From IMG/VR virus record IMGVR_UViG_3300012683_000009: a DNA stretch of 61,886 bases; one strand, written 5' to 3'. A program made the position numbers and the translations under genes. Below the pieces are notes generated by a model that did not search any database, was not told where the DNA came from, and worked only from the letters and a program-made list of their open reading frames with translations. This DNA comes from a virus. Below, one piece after another: positions 35,081 to 43,726 of the stretch; the stretch's first letter is position 1, and each line of letters starts with the position of its first letter.

Positions 35081-35361
35081 CACTTCTCCTTGCGGCCCAG
35101 GGCCTTGAAGATGCCGTCCTTCAGCCACTCCGAGGCGATGCCCTGCGGAGTCGTGGTCCGAGAGATGCCGAGCTGCCGGCTCTCCAGAAGGTGGACTGTG
35201 TTGTCACCGACCACGGCGAGCTGAACCTGCTGCTGGTTGCTGTCGTCCTGGTAGGTCACCAAGGCGAGCTCAACGACCTTGGCGGCGGTGACGGTCTTTG
35301 GGAGCCGGCTCTGCGCCATCTGCGGCTGGAGCGAGGGGAGAGGCTGGAGGGGTGTTGCCAT
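35080..35361 (-). CDS. Hypothetical protein (93 aa); overlaps upstream gene 3' end, start uncertain
   Basis: ORF track; high GC3 in this frame. Confidence 0.4.
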   Translation of the reverse strand: MATPLQPLPSLQPQMAQSRLPKTVTAAKVVELALVTYQDDSNQQQVQLAVVGDNTVHLLESRQLGISRTTTPQGIASEWLKDGIFKALGRKEK

Positions 35362-35614
35362 TCTGAACTCCTGTGACCGGTGTGAGTGGGATGGTGGAAG
35401 GCTGCTTGCCGGTCTTGCAGCCGCACTTCCTGACGACGACGTTGTGAGTGATGTCGATCTGGTAGTCGACGGCCTGGCAGCACACCGGGCACATGTTCCC
35501 GATGAAGTGCATCATCTTGTTCGGAGACGCATCGAGGAAGCCGAGTCGCCCCAAGACGAGGTCGATCTTGTGCTCGATGCGAAGGACTGCTTCAGCCAGG
35601 ATTCCCAGAGACAT
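35270..35614 (-). CDS. Zinc-finger protein (114 aa; CPVCC...CGCK)
   Basis: ORF track. Confidence 0.45.
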   Translation of the reverse strand: MSLGILAEAVLRIEHKIDLVLGRLGFLDASPNKMMHFIGNMCPVCCQAVDYQIDITHNVVVRKCGCKTGKQPSTIPLTPVTGVQNGNTPPASPLAPAADGAEPAPKDRHRRQGR

Positions 35615-36059
35615 GCTCTCTCTCCTTCGTCAGCTTGAGAACCTGCGCCCCATGAGGTCCAGAGGTCAGGTGAACCGTGATGCCGTTGTCGAGAATGAGC
35701 TCCGACAGGTAGACCTTTCCGAACGTCCTCTCCAGCTTGTAGTCCTTCACCTTGCACGCTGTGAGCATCGGTCCCAGCACTTCCGGGTGGACTTCGATCT
35801 CATCCGGAAGACCGAGGCCCTTCACCGCCTTGAAGAGCTCGGTGCCTGAGATCTTCAGCGGGTCACGCAGTCGGCGGTCTTTCATCGTGTCGTCGATGAC
35901 CGAGTCTCCGACCAGGTTGATGTGCCCTCCGCAGAGACGAGGGCAAGGGCACGTGTGGCCCTGCTCGTCGGCGATCTTCCGGATGAGATCGACCTCCTGC
36001 ACTCCCACCATGATCTGGTAGGTCTGGTGACAGGAGTTGCAGAGGGAGAGGAGCATCAC
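35592..36059 (-). CDS. Hypothetical Cys-containing protein (155 aa)
   Basis: ORF track. Confidence 0.5.
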   Translation of the reverse strand: MMLLSLCNSCHQTYQIMVGVQEVDLIRKIADEQGHTCPCPRLCGGHINLVGDSVIDDTMKDRRLRDPLKISGTELFKAVKGLGLPDEIEVHPEVLGPMLTACKVKDYKLERTFGKVYLSELILDNGITVHLTSGPHGAQVLKLTKEREHVSGNPG

Positions 36060-36451
36060 AGCGACTTGATCTCCGCTTCGGACTTCGGGACCTTCGGCAG
36101 CTCGAACGGACGCACCGGATCGGGGTCGTCGTCTCCTTCTTCGACATCCCCACCGAAGGTCGTGGCATCCGGATCCTCTTCATCGAGGTCAGGGTCATCG
36201 CTGGGAGGGTTCTCTTCCTCGTAGGCGATCTCCTTCTCCACTTCGTCCCTCTCTTCGTGCTCCACTTCCGGAGGAACCTCCTGCGGCGCTGCGAAGGCGA
36301 AACGAGTGATGGCCTCGATGGCTTCAGGCCCGACCGGCACCCGAAGCTCCTTCCCTTCGTCGTTGGTGAAGACCAGGAAGCTCTTCGGCTTCGTCGGGTC
36401 CTGAAGAGAGACCGTCTGCATGAAGTCTGTGAGAGTCAAGTTCATGTTCAA
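36056..36451 (-). CDS. Hypothetical protein with strongly acidic C-terminal half (131 aa)
   Basis: ORF track. Confidence 0.5.
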   Translation of the reverse strand: MNMNLTLTDFMQTVSLQDPTKPKSFLVFTNDEGKELRVPVGPEAIEAITRFAFAAPQEVPPEVEHEERDEVEKEIAYEEENPPSDDPDLDEEDPDATTFGGDVEEGDDDPDPVRPFELPKVPKSEAEIKSL

Positions 36452-36867
36452 TCCAGTTCGACCTTGCGTCCAAATCGACCCAGGCCGCCTTTCTCTTTTC
36501 GCTCTTTGAGCTTCTTCCTGAAGTCGTCCGGCAACGTCATCTGCTTTGCCGCTCTCTGGAACGGACTTGGAGCTGCAACCGGAGCGAACGTGATGGGACC
36601 CTTGTTCGCCTCTTTCTTCATCGCTGCTACGAGCTCCTGGTCCGAATCGCCTCTCGTCTTCACGGCGAACGGGAAGGCAACGTCGACGAAAGCCTTGTAG
36701 GCCTCGACCACGTTCTTCGAGCTCTCTTTCTGGATGAGGTCACCAACTGCGTTGACCAACATCGCTCCCTTGCGAACCTCCATCTCCTGCCGTCTGAGCC
36801 AGACGGTGAGGAAAAGCCCTTCTCGCAACGAGCCCACTGGGGGAAAGCGATTCGTCTTCTCGTACAA
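36448..36867 (-). CDS. Hypothetical protein (139 aa)
   Basis: ORF track. Confidence 0.5.
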   Translation of the reverse strand: MYEKTNRFPPVGSLREGLFLTVWLRRQEMEVRKGAMLVNAVGDLIQKESSKNVVEAYKAFVDVAFPFAVKTRGDSDQELVAAMKKEANKGPITFAPVAAPSPFQRAAKQMTLPDDFRKKLKERKEKGGLGRFGRKVELD

Positions 36868-36899
36868 GACGTTCGCCCTGGCCCAGCCCTCAGGGGACT

Positions 36900-37769
36900 C
36901 TATCCATTTTTTAAGTCGTCCGGGTTCAGCAGCTTCCGCACCCTGATGTCGAACCAGAAGAAGTTGATGCCGAGATCGGCGATGACGTACGCCGACTTCT
37001 TGAGCAGCATCTTCAGCTTCTTGTCGAAGAGGGCTTCCTGAGGAGCACCGGTCTCATCCAGGTGGCTCGGGAAGGGGATGCCGTTGATGGCCACCAGCGC
37101 CAGGCAGAGCTGCATGATGCCGTACTTCTCCAGCATGTACTGATCCGACTCGACCGTCTCGTTCGCCAGGAGCCTCTTCACGAGCAGGTTCTCTTGAGGC
37201 GTCGCCGAGCGGTAACGCACGACGAACTTGCCGGGCATGATGGGAACGTCCTGCTGGACCTCGTCCTTCATGATGAGGTCTTCGATCTTCATCGTCTCGC
37301 AGCGGGACTCGATCTCCGTCCGGCGCTTCTTGTTGTTGAGGATCCGGTCCGCCTCTGTCTTGCCGCTGAAGTCGAACATGTCGAAGAGGTCGTCCTTCTC
37401 CTTCTCGATGTCCTTCTTCAGGCCCGCTTCTGCCGCTGCTGCGTCAGGCTGCTTCTCCTGAGCCTTCTGCATGTCCTGAAGCTGCTGGACCGTCTCCGGA
37501 CGAACTGCTGGAGAGCCAGGAGGACGGGGCTGCACGCCGCCGTCTTCGCTGATGGGGCTTGCTGACCCAGAGGCTTGCTTGGCGAGAAGTGGCATCTGCG
37601 GTCTCGCCACGTGACCGATAGGGGTGTTCCCCTTCAGACCCGAGACCAGCTTCCCAGTTGCCTTCGCCGTGGCAACCATGTCGGAGTACTTCTTCGCCTC
37701 CTCCGGGTCGAGCTCCGTCTTACCGAAGACGATAGTCTTCGTTCCTTCTGGCTGATCAGCCATCTTCAT
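36900..37769 (-). CDS. Hypothetical protein (289 aa)
   Basis: ORF track. Confidence 0.55.
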   Translation of the reverse strand: MKMADQPEGTKTIVFGKTELDPEEAKKYSDMVATAKATGKLVSGLKGNTPIGHVARPQMPLLAKQASGSASPISEDGGVQPRPPGSPAVRPETVQQLQDMQKAQEKQPDAAAAEAGLKKDIEKEKDDLFDMFDFSGKTEADRILNNKKRRTEIESRCETMKIEDLIMKDEVQQDVPIMPGKFVVRYRSATPQENLLVKRLLANETVESDQYMLEKYGIMQLCLALVAINGIPFPSHLDETGAPQEALFDKKLKMLLKKSAYVIADLGINFFWFDIRVRKLLNPDDLKNG

Positions 37770-38106
37770 CTTCTCCTGGTGATGGGATTGGAGCTCCTTT
37801 GCGGAACTCCGTAGTGAGAGGCACCGCTCTCACTTCCTCTACTATCATACCCTTCTCGTTCTTTGTGAACGAGATGCCGGTCTTGATCGGGTCTTCCGGA
37901 GCGTGAGGGAGCTTGGGATCGATCGGCACATGAGGAAGACCACCATCCCATTGCTCACCGCAGCTACCGCAGGTGAAGTGAATGGCAGAGGCCCCGCCGA
38001 TACGCCGACCCGAGCACTTGTCACTACCACACTTCGGGCAGCCCCGCCTCTTCTGCTCTTCCTTCGGGATGAGGATGGGGTTGCGGTTCTTGTCCAGGGG
38101 GTTCAT
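37756..38106 (-). CDS. Zinc-ribbon protein (116 aa; CPKCGSDKC...CGSCG)
   Basis: ORF 37756..38226 trimmed to internal ATG. Confidence 0.45.
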   Translation of the reverse strand: MNPLDKNRNPILIPKEEQKRRGCPKCGSDKCSGRRIGGASAIHFTCGSCGEQWDGGLPHVPIDPKLPHAPEDPIKTGISFTKNEKGMIVEEVRAVPLTTEFRKGAPIPSPGEDEDG

Positions 38107-38111
38107 AGGTT

Positions 38112-38132
38112 CAAGTACAGACAGTGTACAGA
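38112..38132. promoter_or_regulatory. Tandem direct repeat GTACAGACA-gt-GTACAGACA (each with palindromic TGTACA core) just downstream of the HTH gene
   Basis: Seen in sequence; candidate regulator binding site. Confidence 0.35.
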
Positions 38133-38146
38133 CACTCGAAACGAAG

Positions 38147-38359
38147 TCAACCCTTCTCGACAACAACGATGCGGGCACCGATGGCCTTGGCGTAGCGCTC
38201 AAGAGAGCGGGCAGTCGGGTCCCCATCTCGTCCAGTCTCCATGGTGTAGAGGTGCTGGCGAGAGATGCCCATCCGGCGGGCGGCTTCGGAAGGCTTGATG
38301 CCCTTCCTACGCCTGAGCCGAATCAAGTCTCGGAAGAGCTTTGTGACCGGCCGGTCCAA
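38147..38359 (-). CDS. XRE-family helix-turn-helix transcriptional regulator (Cro/CI-like, 70 aa)
   Basis: ORF track; HTH KPSEAARRMGISRQHLYTMETG; position near head of the minus-strand operon. Confidence 0.7.
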   Translation of the reverse strand: MDRPVTKLFRDLIRLRRRKGIKPSEAARRMGISRQHLYTMETGRDGDPTARSLERYAKAIGARIVVVEKG

Positions 38360-38654
38360 CTAGACCCCTTACGACTTTGATGTTGATGGTGAAGCCTTCG
38401 TTCATCTCCCTCACGAGAACGCTCTTGAGGACTGCCTCGATGGTCTTCTCTTCGAAGGCTCTATCGATGCCGACAGTGATGTTGAAGGCGGTGGACTCCC
38501 CGCCCGGCACAGGGACGGCATGGACCCCTACGAAGTAGATTCCCGTCTCCGCCGGAAGTAGGTGGATGATCCTTTCGAGCTCCTGTGCTCGCTCGAACAC
38601 CCCGGAGCTGACGTACGGAAGTCCTTGAGAACCCATGAATCGGGACAGGAACAT
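38307..38654 (-). CDS. Hypothetical protein (115 aa), first gene of the minus operon
   Basis: ORF track. Confidence 0.45.
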   Translation of the reverse strand: MFLSRFMGSQGLPYVSSGVFERAQELERIIHLLPAETGIYFVGVHAVPVPGGESTAFNITVGIDRAFEEKTIEAVLKSVLVREMNEGFTINIKVVRGLVGPAGHKALPRLDSAQA

Positions 38655-38682
38655 GCCCCTAAGAGGGTGTCAAGGAATACCG

Positions 38683-38703
38683 CTACGTCGGTATAAGACG
38701 TAG
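38683..38703. promoter_or_regulatory. Divergent-promoter operator candidate: perfect inverted repeat CTACGTC-N7-GACGTAG enclosing a -10-like GGTATAAGA
   Basis: Seen in sequence, between divergent genes 38654(-) and 38720(+). Confidence 0.45.
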
Positions 38704-38719
38704 GAGGAGAACACTACCT

Positions 38720-39139
38720 ATGAGACTGCTTCTGAAGGTGAACTCGTCGAACGAGTACGATGATGAGATCGACACGGGCTTCATCAGTGTCGACCGCCAG
38801 TTGGCTGAGATCATCCTCAAGCGAAGGAAAGTCATGCTGACGGCGGCCGAATTCGATGGGTCCCTTCTTCGCATGGACTACTACGATGAGGCGTTCGTTT
38901 ACCTCTCGGACCCGGAACTCGACAAAGAGAAGAAGGACGACCTTCGAGAGGAGCTCGACGATGGGGTCATCTTCCCCGTCGAAGATGACTACTCGAAGCG
39001 CAAAGAGGTCGTCGAGATGGACTCGCAGTACATGCGCATCTTTCGAGAAGGAGTCTGCTTCTTCGGCTACCAGAAGTACTCCGTCACCGAGTACTACTCC
39101 GAGGCGATCCCCTACAATGAGATCGAGAAGGCGCTGTGA
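38720..39139 (+). CDS. Hypothetical acidic protein (139 aa)
   Basis: ORF track; TAGGAGGAG RBS. Confidence 0.55.
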   Translation: MRLLLKVNSSNEYDDEIDTGFISVDRQLAEIILKRRKVMLTAAEFDGSLLRMDYYDEAFVYLSDPELDKEKKDDLREELDDGVIFPVEDDYSKRKEVVEMDSQYMRIFREGVCFFGYQKYSVTEYYSEAIPYNEIEKAL

Positions 39140-39447
39140 AGATCAAGATCCACAAGTACCGGCTGGGTCCTGTCGATTCTCCACAGGACCACAAGATCCA
39201 GTGCGTCGTCGAGATGCCGTACGAGGCGAAGCTGCTCGATGCCGGCTACTCGGCGCTGGAGCCCGTCGTCTGGGCACAGTTCGACGTCGACCACGAGCAG
39301 AGGCTCGTCAAGCGTGTGTTCCATGTCTTGATGACGGGTGAGGAGTACGAGATCGAGTACAACAAGCTGGTGTACTTCAGGACCATCAGGCACCCGGCCT
39401 CGCAGATCTCCCCGCTCTTCTTTCACATCTTCCACGAACTGTGGTGA
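39136..39447 (+). CDS. Hypothetical protein (103 aa)
   Basis: ORF track; GTGA coupling. Confidence 0.5.
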   Translation: MKIKIHKYRLGPVDSPQDHKIQCVVEMPYEAKLLDAGYSALEPVVWAQFDVDHEQRLVKRVFHVLMTGEEYEIEYNKLVYFRTIRHPASQISPLFFHIFHELW

Positions 39448-39450
39448 CAC

Positions 39451-40065
39451 ATGCCCTTCAGAGGACCAGCAGAGCTCGAATCGATGCTGATGTCTCGTCT
39501 CCACCATCTGACCGTCAACAAGGTCTCAGGGGAGAACGCCAAAGAACGTCTTGAGACCGTCCTCGAAGTCGGCATCAAGTCGAACCTCCTTGAGATGGCC
39601 GGGAACAACCAGATCCCGAACGGCTTGATCAGGGAGGACATCGACAGGTGGTCTCAGAGAATGTCCGAAGTGGGCGTCTTCGGTTCCAGCATCGAGGTGA
39701 ACCGGACGCCGCAGATCGTCCTCAACCTGCGAGCAATGACGGAGGCGATCTTCAAGGACTACACGCCTCCTCGCACTCCCATCTCGCCTTTCGTTCAGCC
39801 TGGAGTCGGCTTCAGGGGACTGAGAGCAGCCAGAGTGATTCAAGACGAGAGCTTGTCACTGGAGCTCGAAGAGCGAGGCCTCAAGGAAGTCATCGTCCCC
39901 GGCACCATCAACAAGGAAGGCCGGAAGAGGATCGGTGCGAGCGTTCAACAAGCTCTCGCAGACGCAGAGACGCAGCGTAAGCAGCAGCTCGAAGAGCAGA
40001 AGAAGCTGGATGCGGAAGAGACCGAGATCGCGAAGACAGGCTTCGGTCGCAAGGTTGAGATCTAA
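39451..40065 (+). CDS. Hypothetical protein (204 aa)
   Basis: ORF track. Confidence 0.55.
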   Translation: MPFRGPAELESMLMSRLHHLTVNKVSGENAKERLETVLEVGIKSNLLEMAGNNQIPNGLIREDIDRWSQRMSEVGVFGSSIEVNRTPQIVLNLRAMTEAIFKDYTPPRTPISPFVQPGVGFRGLRAARVIQDESLSLELEERGLKEVIVPGTINKEGRKRIGASVQQALADAETQRKQQLEEQKKLDAEETEIAKTGFGRKVEI

Positions 40066-40225
40066 CCGAACTTCCGGGTCGTCATCGGGCCAATGAGCTG
40101 GTGCGGACCCATACGGGTTCTACGCACGAGGGTTGAGGCCGTCACCACGTTGCCCGCCTTCATCCGGCGTTCTCGATCGAGTGGTCACTCTTCACCTACC
40201 GTTCGGCGGGTTCCTCTTCGCCCCA

Positions 40226-40588
40226 ATGGAGGAGCTGGCCAGGAAGTTGTCCGTCAACGGACTCGCTACTGGGAAACCGGTGCCCGTCTTACACCAAACG
40301 GAGGTCGAAGTCATGAGCAGGATGATGGATCGCGAGGGGTACTTCCGGCCCGAGATTTACAAGAAGCCGAAGTGGGGAAAGACGCTCGCCAAGATCTACA
40401 AGGCCATGGAGAGCTTCTGCATCGACGTTTACTTGGAGGGAGGAACTCTTCCGGAGGCTATGACGCACCTCACCTTTGAAGCACATCGAGCAGTTGGTAA
40501 CGCTCGGGTCCACTTCTTGGCTCGTGACGGTGCCTACCAGAAGAAGCTAAGAAGAAAGAGAAAGCTCGCTGCTAGGAGGTCTACGTGA
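40226..40588 (+). CDS. Hypothetical protein (120 aa)
   Basis: ORF 40133..40588 trimmed to first ATG. Confidence 0.45.
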   Translation: MEELARKLSVNGLATGKPVPVLHQTEVEVMSRMMDREGYFRPEIYKKPKWGKTLAKIYKAMESFCIDVYLEGGTLPEAMTHLTFEAHRAVGNARVHFLARDGAYQKKLRRKRKLAARRST

Positions 40589-40863
40589 TTCGACGTGTGC
40601 TGTTCGTGCTCCTTTTCGCCGTCAGTCTCGGAGTCGCAGGAGCAGTTGGGTACTACGTGAACGAGTACCAGCATCTGAAGAAGGACTACGAGGACCTTCG
40701 GATCATCACTCGCAGCACGATGATGGAGAACGAGAGGAACCAGGAGAACTCTCGTTCCTGCCTGGCGAGTCTTCACGTCATAAGGAAAGAGCTGTTCATG
40801 CCGACCCTGGACCTGGACTTCACAGATTCACCGACACCCCTGAAATTCGCACAAGGACGGTAG
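40585..40863 (+). CDS. Hypothetical membrane protein (92 aa)
   Basis: ORF track. Confidence 0.45.
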   Translation: MIRRVLFVLLFAVSLGVAGAVGYYVNEYQHLKKDYEDLRIITRSTMMENERNQENSRSCLASLHVIRKELFMPTLDLDFTDSPTPLKFAQGR

Positions 40864-40864
40864 T

Positions 40865-41107
40865 GTGGCGTTGCTCAACAAGGACCCGAAAGAGGGTTGG
40901 GTCTTTGGAGGCAGGAACGGATCGAAGCACAGAGGCAAGACCTTGGAGAAAGTGGCCGAGGTCGATCCAAGCTACCTGACCTTCATGTGGACCAACTCGT
41001 TGAAGTACCTCTCCGAGCCGGCCATCGACGCACTCGATGACGTCATGGAGGGGAAGAAGATCCCCAGAGAGTTCCCGAGAAAGAAGAAAGAGAAGAAGAC
41101 CAAATGA
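40865..41107 (+). CDS. Hypothetical protein (80 aa)
   Basis: ORF track. Confidence 0.45.
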   Translation: MALLNKDPKEGWVFGGRNGSKHRGKTLEKVAEVDPSYLTFMWTNSLKYLSEPAIDALDDVMEGKKIPREFPRKKKEKKTK

Positions 41108-41253
41108 ACATCTTCCAGTTCATGTCCGACAGTCCGTGGTTGACGTTCTTCCTGGCCTGCACGCTCGGCAGCACGTTGGTAGGCGTCGTCAGGGGCATTC
41201 GAGGGCTGAAAGAGAAGGACGAGGATGAAGACTCTGAAGAAAAGACCAACTGA
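41104..41253 (+). CDS. Small membrane protein (49 aa), below ORF-track cutoff
   Basis: ATGA overlap; hydrophobic core then acidic tail. Confidence 0.4.
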   Translation: MNIFQFMSDSPWLTFFLACTLGSTLVGVVRGIRGLKEKDEDEDSEEKTN

Positions 41254-41497
41254 CATCCCGTTCAACCAGTTCCTCGTAGTCGTGGGCTACAACCGAGCGC
41301 TCCCGAAGTACGGAGACAGGAAGAAGTACCCGATGGGAGATCCGGACAGGAACATCATGTTCGGTCACGTCTCAGCGGACATGGGGATGGAACCTCCGCA
41401 GCCGGAGCTGACTGCCGAAGAGATGCAGTCGGTGGCCTTTGCGGCCAAGATGGCCCTCTACAAAGTCGTGATGAACCGAAAGAAGAAGAGCAAATGA
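41225..41497 (+). CDS. Hypothetical protein (90 aa)
   Basis: ORF track. Confidence 0.45.
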   Translation: MKTLKKRPTDIPFNQFLVVVGYNRALPKYGDRKKYPMGDPDRNIMFGHVSADMGMEPPQPELTAEEMQSVAFAAKMALYKVVMNRKKKSK

Positions 41498-41652
41498 AAG
41501 AGAAAGCCGACGATCCGAAGACCTTCGCCTGTGCGAAGTGCGGTCAGACGAAGAAGCGGAAGTACCAGGCCAAGCGCATCAGGGTCGGGGGTAAGATCGA
41601 GCGTACCTGCACTCTCTGCGTGAAGGTTCCCACTCAGGCTGCGGCCCAGTAG
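41494..41652 (+). CDS. Zinc-ribbon protein (52 aa; CAKCG...CTLC)
   Basis: ATGA overlap; Cys pairs. Confidence 0.45.
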   Translation: MKEKADDPKTFACAKCGQTKKRKYQAKRIRVGGKIERTCTLCVKVPTQAAAQ

Positions 41653-41655
41653 GCT

Positions 41656-41898
41656 TTGGCCATGGTTCTGAAGCATCTACATCCTCTTCTCGCAGCATTC
41701 GCCGCCGAGCTCGACAAGCAGGCAGGCATCAAGGAAGACCTGAAGGCCGGCACCAAGAAGCTGGTGTCGACCCTCAAGAAGGTTCCTCAGCACGCCAGTG
41801 ACGCGGCGCTGAAGGCAGTAGTGAAGGTTCACCAGCTTCCTGGCGGAGACAAGGTCATGGCACACGGACCTGACTTCCTCAGGAAGCTGATGACCTAG
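41656..41898 (+). CDS. Hypothetical protein (80 aa)
   Basis: ORF track. Confidence 0.5.
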   Translation: MAMVLKHLHPLLAAFAAELDKQAGIKEDLKAGTKKLVSTLKKVPQHASDAALKAVVKVHQLPGGDKVMAHGPDFLRKLMT

Positions 41899-42263
41899 AG
41901 ACGAGCGCACCTGCGGTGGAACTCCGAGCAGTACGGAGCCACCTCAGGTGCAGACTCTCCGCCGCATTCAGGGCAGCCGCCAACAGGCAGGACTACCCCT
42001 CTCTCGGTCGAGTCTCGGATGTCGTCGTGGATCGACTTCGCCACGAGCAAGTGGTGTTTCATCGCTGAGAGAGCGGCCTGGAGAGCTACGCACCACTCCT
42101 TGTTGGTAATGCCGGTCGGTCTCTGGAACATGAGCCAGCCGGCATCGACGTCGCAGCAAATGACGCTCCCGTCAACGGACACTAGGAAGACGTGCCGCTT
42201 CGGGTACTTCTTTGGATCAAGAGCCTCCCGAACTACTTCGGGACCGAGCACGAGGGTTTTCAT
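41895..42263 (-). CDS. Hypothetical Cys-containing protein (122 aa), lone minus-strand gene
   Basis: ORF track. Confidence 0.5.
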   Translation of the reverse strand: MKTLVLGPEVVREALDPKKYPKRHVFLVSVDGSVICCDVDAGWLMFQRPTGITNKEWCVALQAALSAMKHHLLVAKSIHDDIRDSTERGVVLPVGGCPECGGESAPEVAPYCSEFHRRCARL

Positions 42264-42409
42264 CGGGCACCTCGCCCAGTCGAACAGGTGCAGTGCGAAC
42301 CTCGAAAACGAGGTTTTCCTTCACACCATCTATACACCCTACCCCTGACATCGACACGTCACTAGAGGTAGCGTTTCGGAGTGGTAACGAGAGAATCGAA
42401 AGGACTCAA

Positions 42410-42757
42410 ATGGCTACGGATGAGCAGCAGCTCTTCAGCAACGAGAAGACGAGGATGGTCACCAGGTTCTTGTGGTGGCTGGCGCTGATCGTCGTCTCCG
42501 GCGTTCTGGGCGGTATGTACATGTACATCAACAGGCCGGCTCGGGCAGCCAAGATCACTCCTGAGAGCTGCACGACGATGTGCGGTGAGAACGGGCTGGA
42601 GGAGTACAACTTGGACGAGTGCAGGTGTCGTCGGGCGCCTGTTCAAGTGCCGTCCATCAACATCACCCCGACAACGGTCGAGAAGATCGAGAACGTAGTA
42701 TGCACCTGCCGTCCTGCAACAAGACTGGAGGAAGACGTCGCAAGACTGAAGAAGTAG
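42410..42757 (+). CDS. Membrane protein (115 aa) with Cys-rich ectodomain
   Basis: ORF 42212..42757 trimmed to ATG with AAAGGACTC RBS. Confidence 0.5.
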   Translation: MATDEQQLFSNEKTRMVTRFLWWLALIVVSGVLGGMYMYINRPARAAKITPESCTTMCGENGLEEYNLDECRCRRAPVQVPSINITPTTVEKIENVVCTCRPATRLEEDVARLKK

Positions 42758-42764
42758 TTGGTAC

Positions 42765-43146
42765 GGGCCCGACCTGGTTTCGACAGGGACGTAGAGATTC
42801 TTCGCTGCATGCCGAGCTGGCTCACAAGCTCGTAAATCCAAGAGAGCAAAACAACAAAAGCCAACGACAACGTTGAGCTGGCTGACAGCCCGGTTCGCCT
42901 GGCTGCTTGACCCCTGGTCTCGGTAAGCAGGCACCGAGTAGCTGAGACTGGGAAACCCATCCGGTGCTGGGGCTCGTTCAATCCTCAAGAGCGAGTTCGA
43001 GAGTCGTAACAGAGGCGTGCTGCCGAGGTGAGCCTGTCCGGGCTTCGCCCTACTCGGCATCGTCGTACAGAGTGAGAAACGGACTACGCATGTAGAAGTG
43101 ATGAGTCGAAGGTTTCTGGACGAGGGTTCGATTCCCTCCGGGTCCA
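42765..43146 (+). ncRNA. ssrA: tmRNA (ssrA), about 382 nt, with tag reading frame ANDNVELADSPVRLAA-stop (42860..42910)
   Basis: 5' GGGCCCGACCTGGTTTCGACAGGG and 3' ...GCATGTAGAAGTG...GGACGAGGGTTCGATTCCCTCCGGGTCCA align to the E. coli ssrA ends; acceptor pairing 42765-71 with 43139-45 includes a G3-U70 pair; tag ORF ends LAA-TGA. Confidence 0.85.
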
Positions 43147-43159
43147 CTTGGGAGAAGTC

Positions 43160-43327
43160 ATGAAGATTGTGAAGTGCTCTTGCCGGATGTGTCGGCGAGG
43201 GCTGAGAACGAAGTGCACCTCGAAGCTCGTCACGAAGAAGGTGAGAGCAGCGAGGCGTAAGGCGAAGCAAGACCTGAGGGCCGGCAAGGAGCCGGACACC
43301 AAGGTGATGTTGCCGTACACCGACTAG
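43160..43327 (+). CDS. Small basic Cys-containing protein (55 aa)
   Basis: GGGAGAAG RBS; below ORF-track cutoff. Confidence 0.4.
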   Translation: MKIVKCSCRMCRRGLRTKCTSKLVTKKVRAARRKAKQDLRAGKEPDTKVMLPYTD

Positions 43328-43335
43328 GAGGAACC

Positions 43336-43719
43336 ATGGGAGAGTTGGAGAAGACCGCAGCAGACGTGCTGAACAGGGCGATGGCAGAGAGGATCGCTCC
43401 GTTCTGTCACGAGGCGAATCGCATCATCACCGGCGTCGTGAAGGACGTGCCGGTCCAGCCTTCGTGGGACGACAGCCCCGAAGAGATGAAGAAGAGCTCC
43501 ATCCAGGGCGTTCTCTTCGCTCTGGAGAACCCGGACGCCACCCCGAAGGCGCAGCACGAGGAGTGGAGCCGGGGGAAGATCGCCGACGGATGGACCTTCG
43601 GTGAGGTCAAAGACCCCGTCAAGAAGACCCACCCGGCACTGGTGGACTTCGAGAAGCTCCCGGAGGGCACTCGGGCCAAGGACGCCCTGTTCCAGCTCAT
43701 CGTGAAGGCCGTGCGCTGA
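43336..43719 (+). CDS. RyR (ryanodine-receptor) domain protein
   Basis: ORF track; HEEWSRGKIADGWTFGEVKDPVKKTHPALVDFEKLPEGTRAKD matches the RyR-domain signature H..W...K...GW.YG...D...K.HP.LV.Y..LPE..K..D. Confidence 0.7.
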   Translation: MGELEKTAADVLNRAMAERIAPFCHEANRIITGVVKDVPVQPSWDDSPEEMKKSSIQGVLFALENPDATPKAQHEEWSRGKIADGWTFGEVKDPVKKTHPALVDFEKLPEGTRAKDALFQLIVKAVR

Positions 43720-43726
43720 GGGCGAC

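Noticed and set aside
40093-40479. 128-aa + ORF in the 40066-40225 gap
   Set aside because: Low GC3, overlaps the better-supported 40226..40588 gene in another frame.
42765-43146. Second tRNA (T-arm GGGTTCGATTCCC at 43118-43137)
   Set aside because: It is the 3' tRNA-like domain of a full tmRNA, with matching 5' acceptor half 380 nt upstream and an internal tag ORF.
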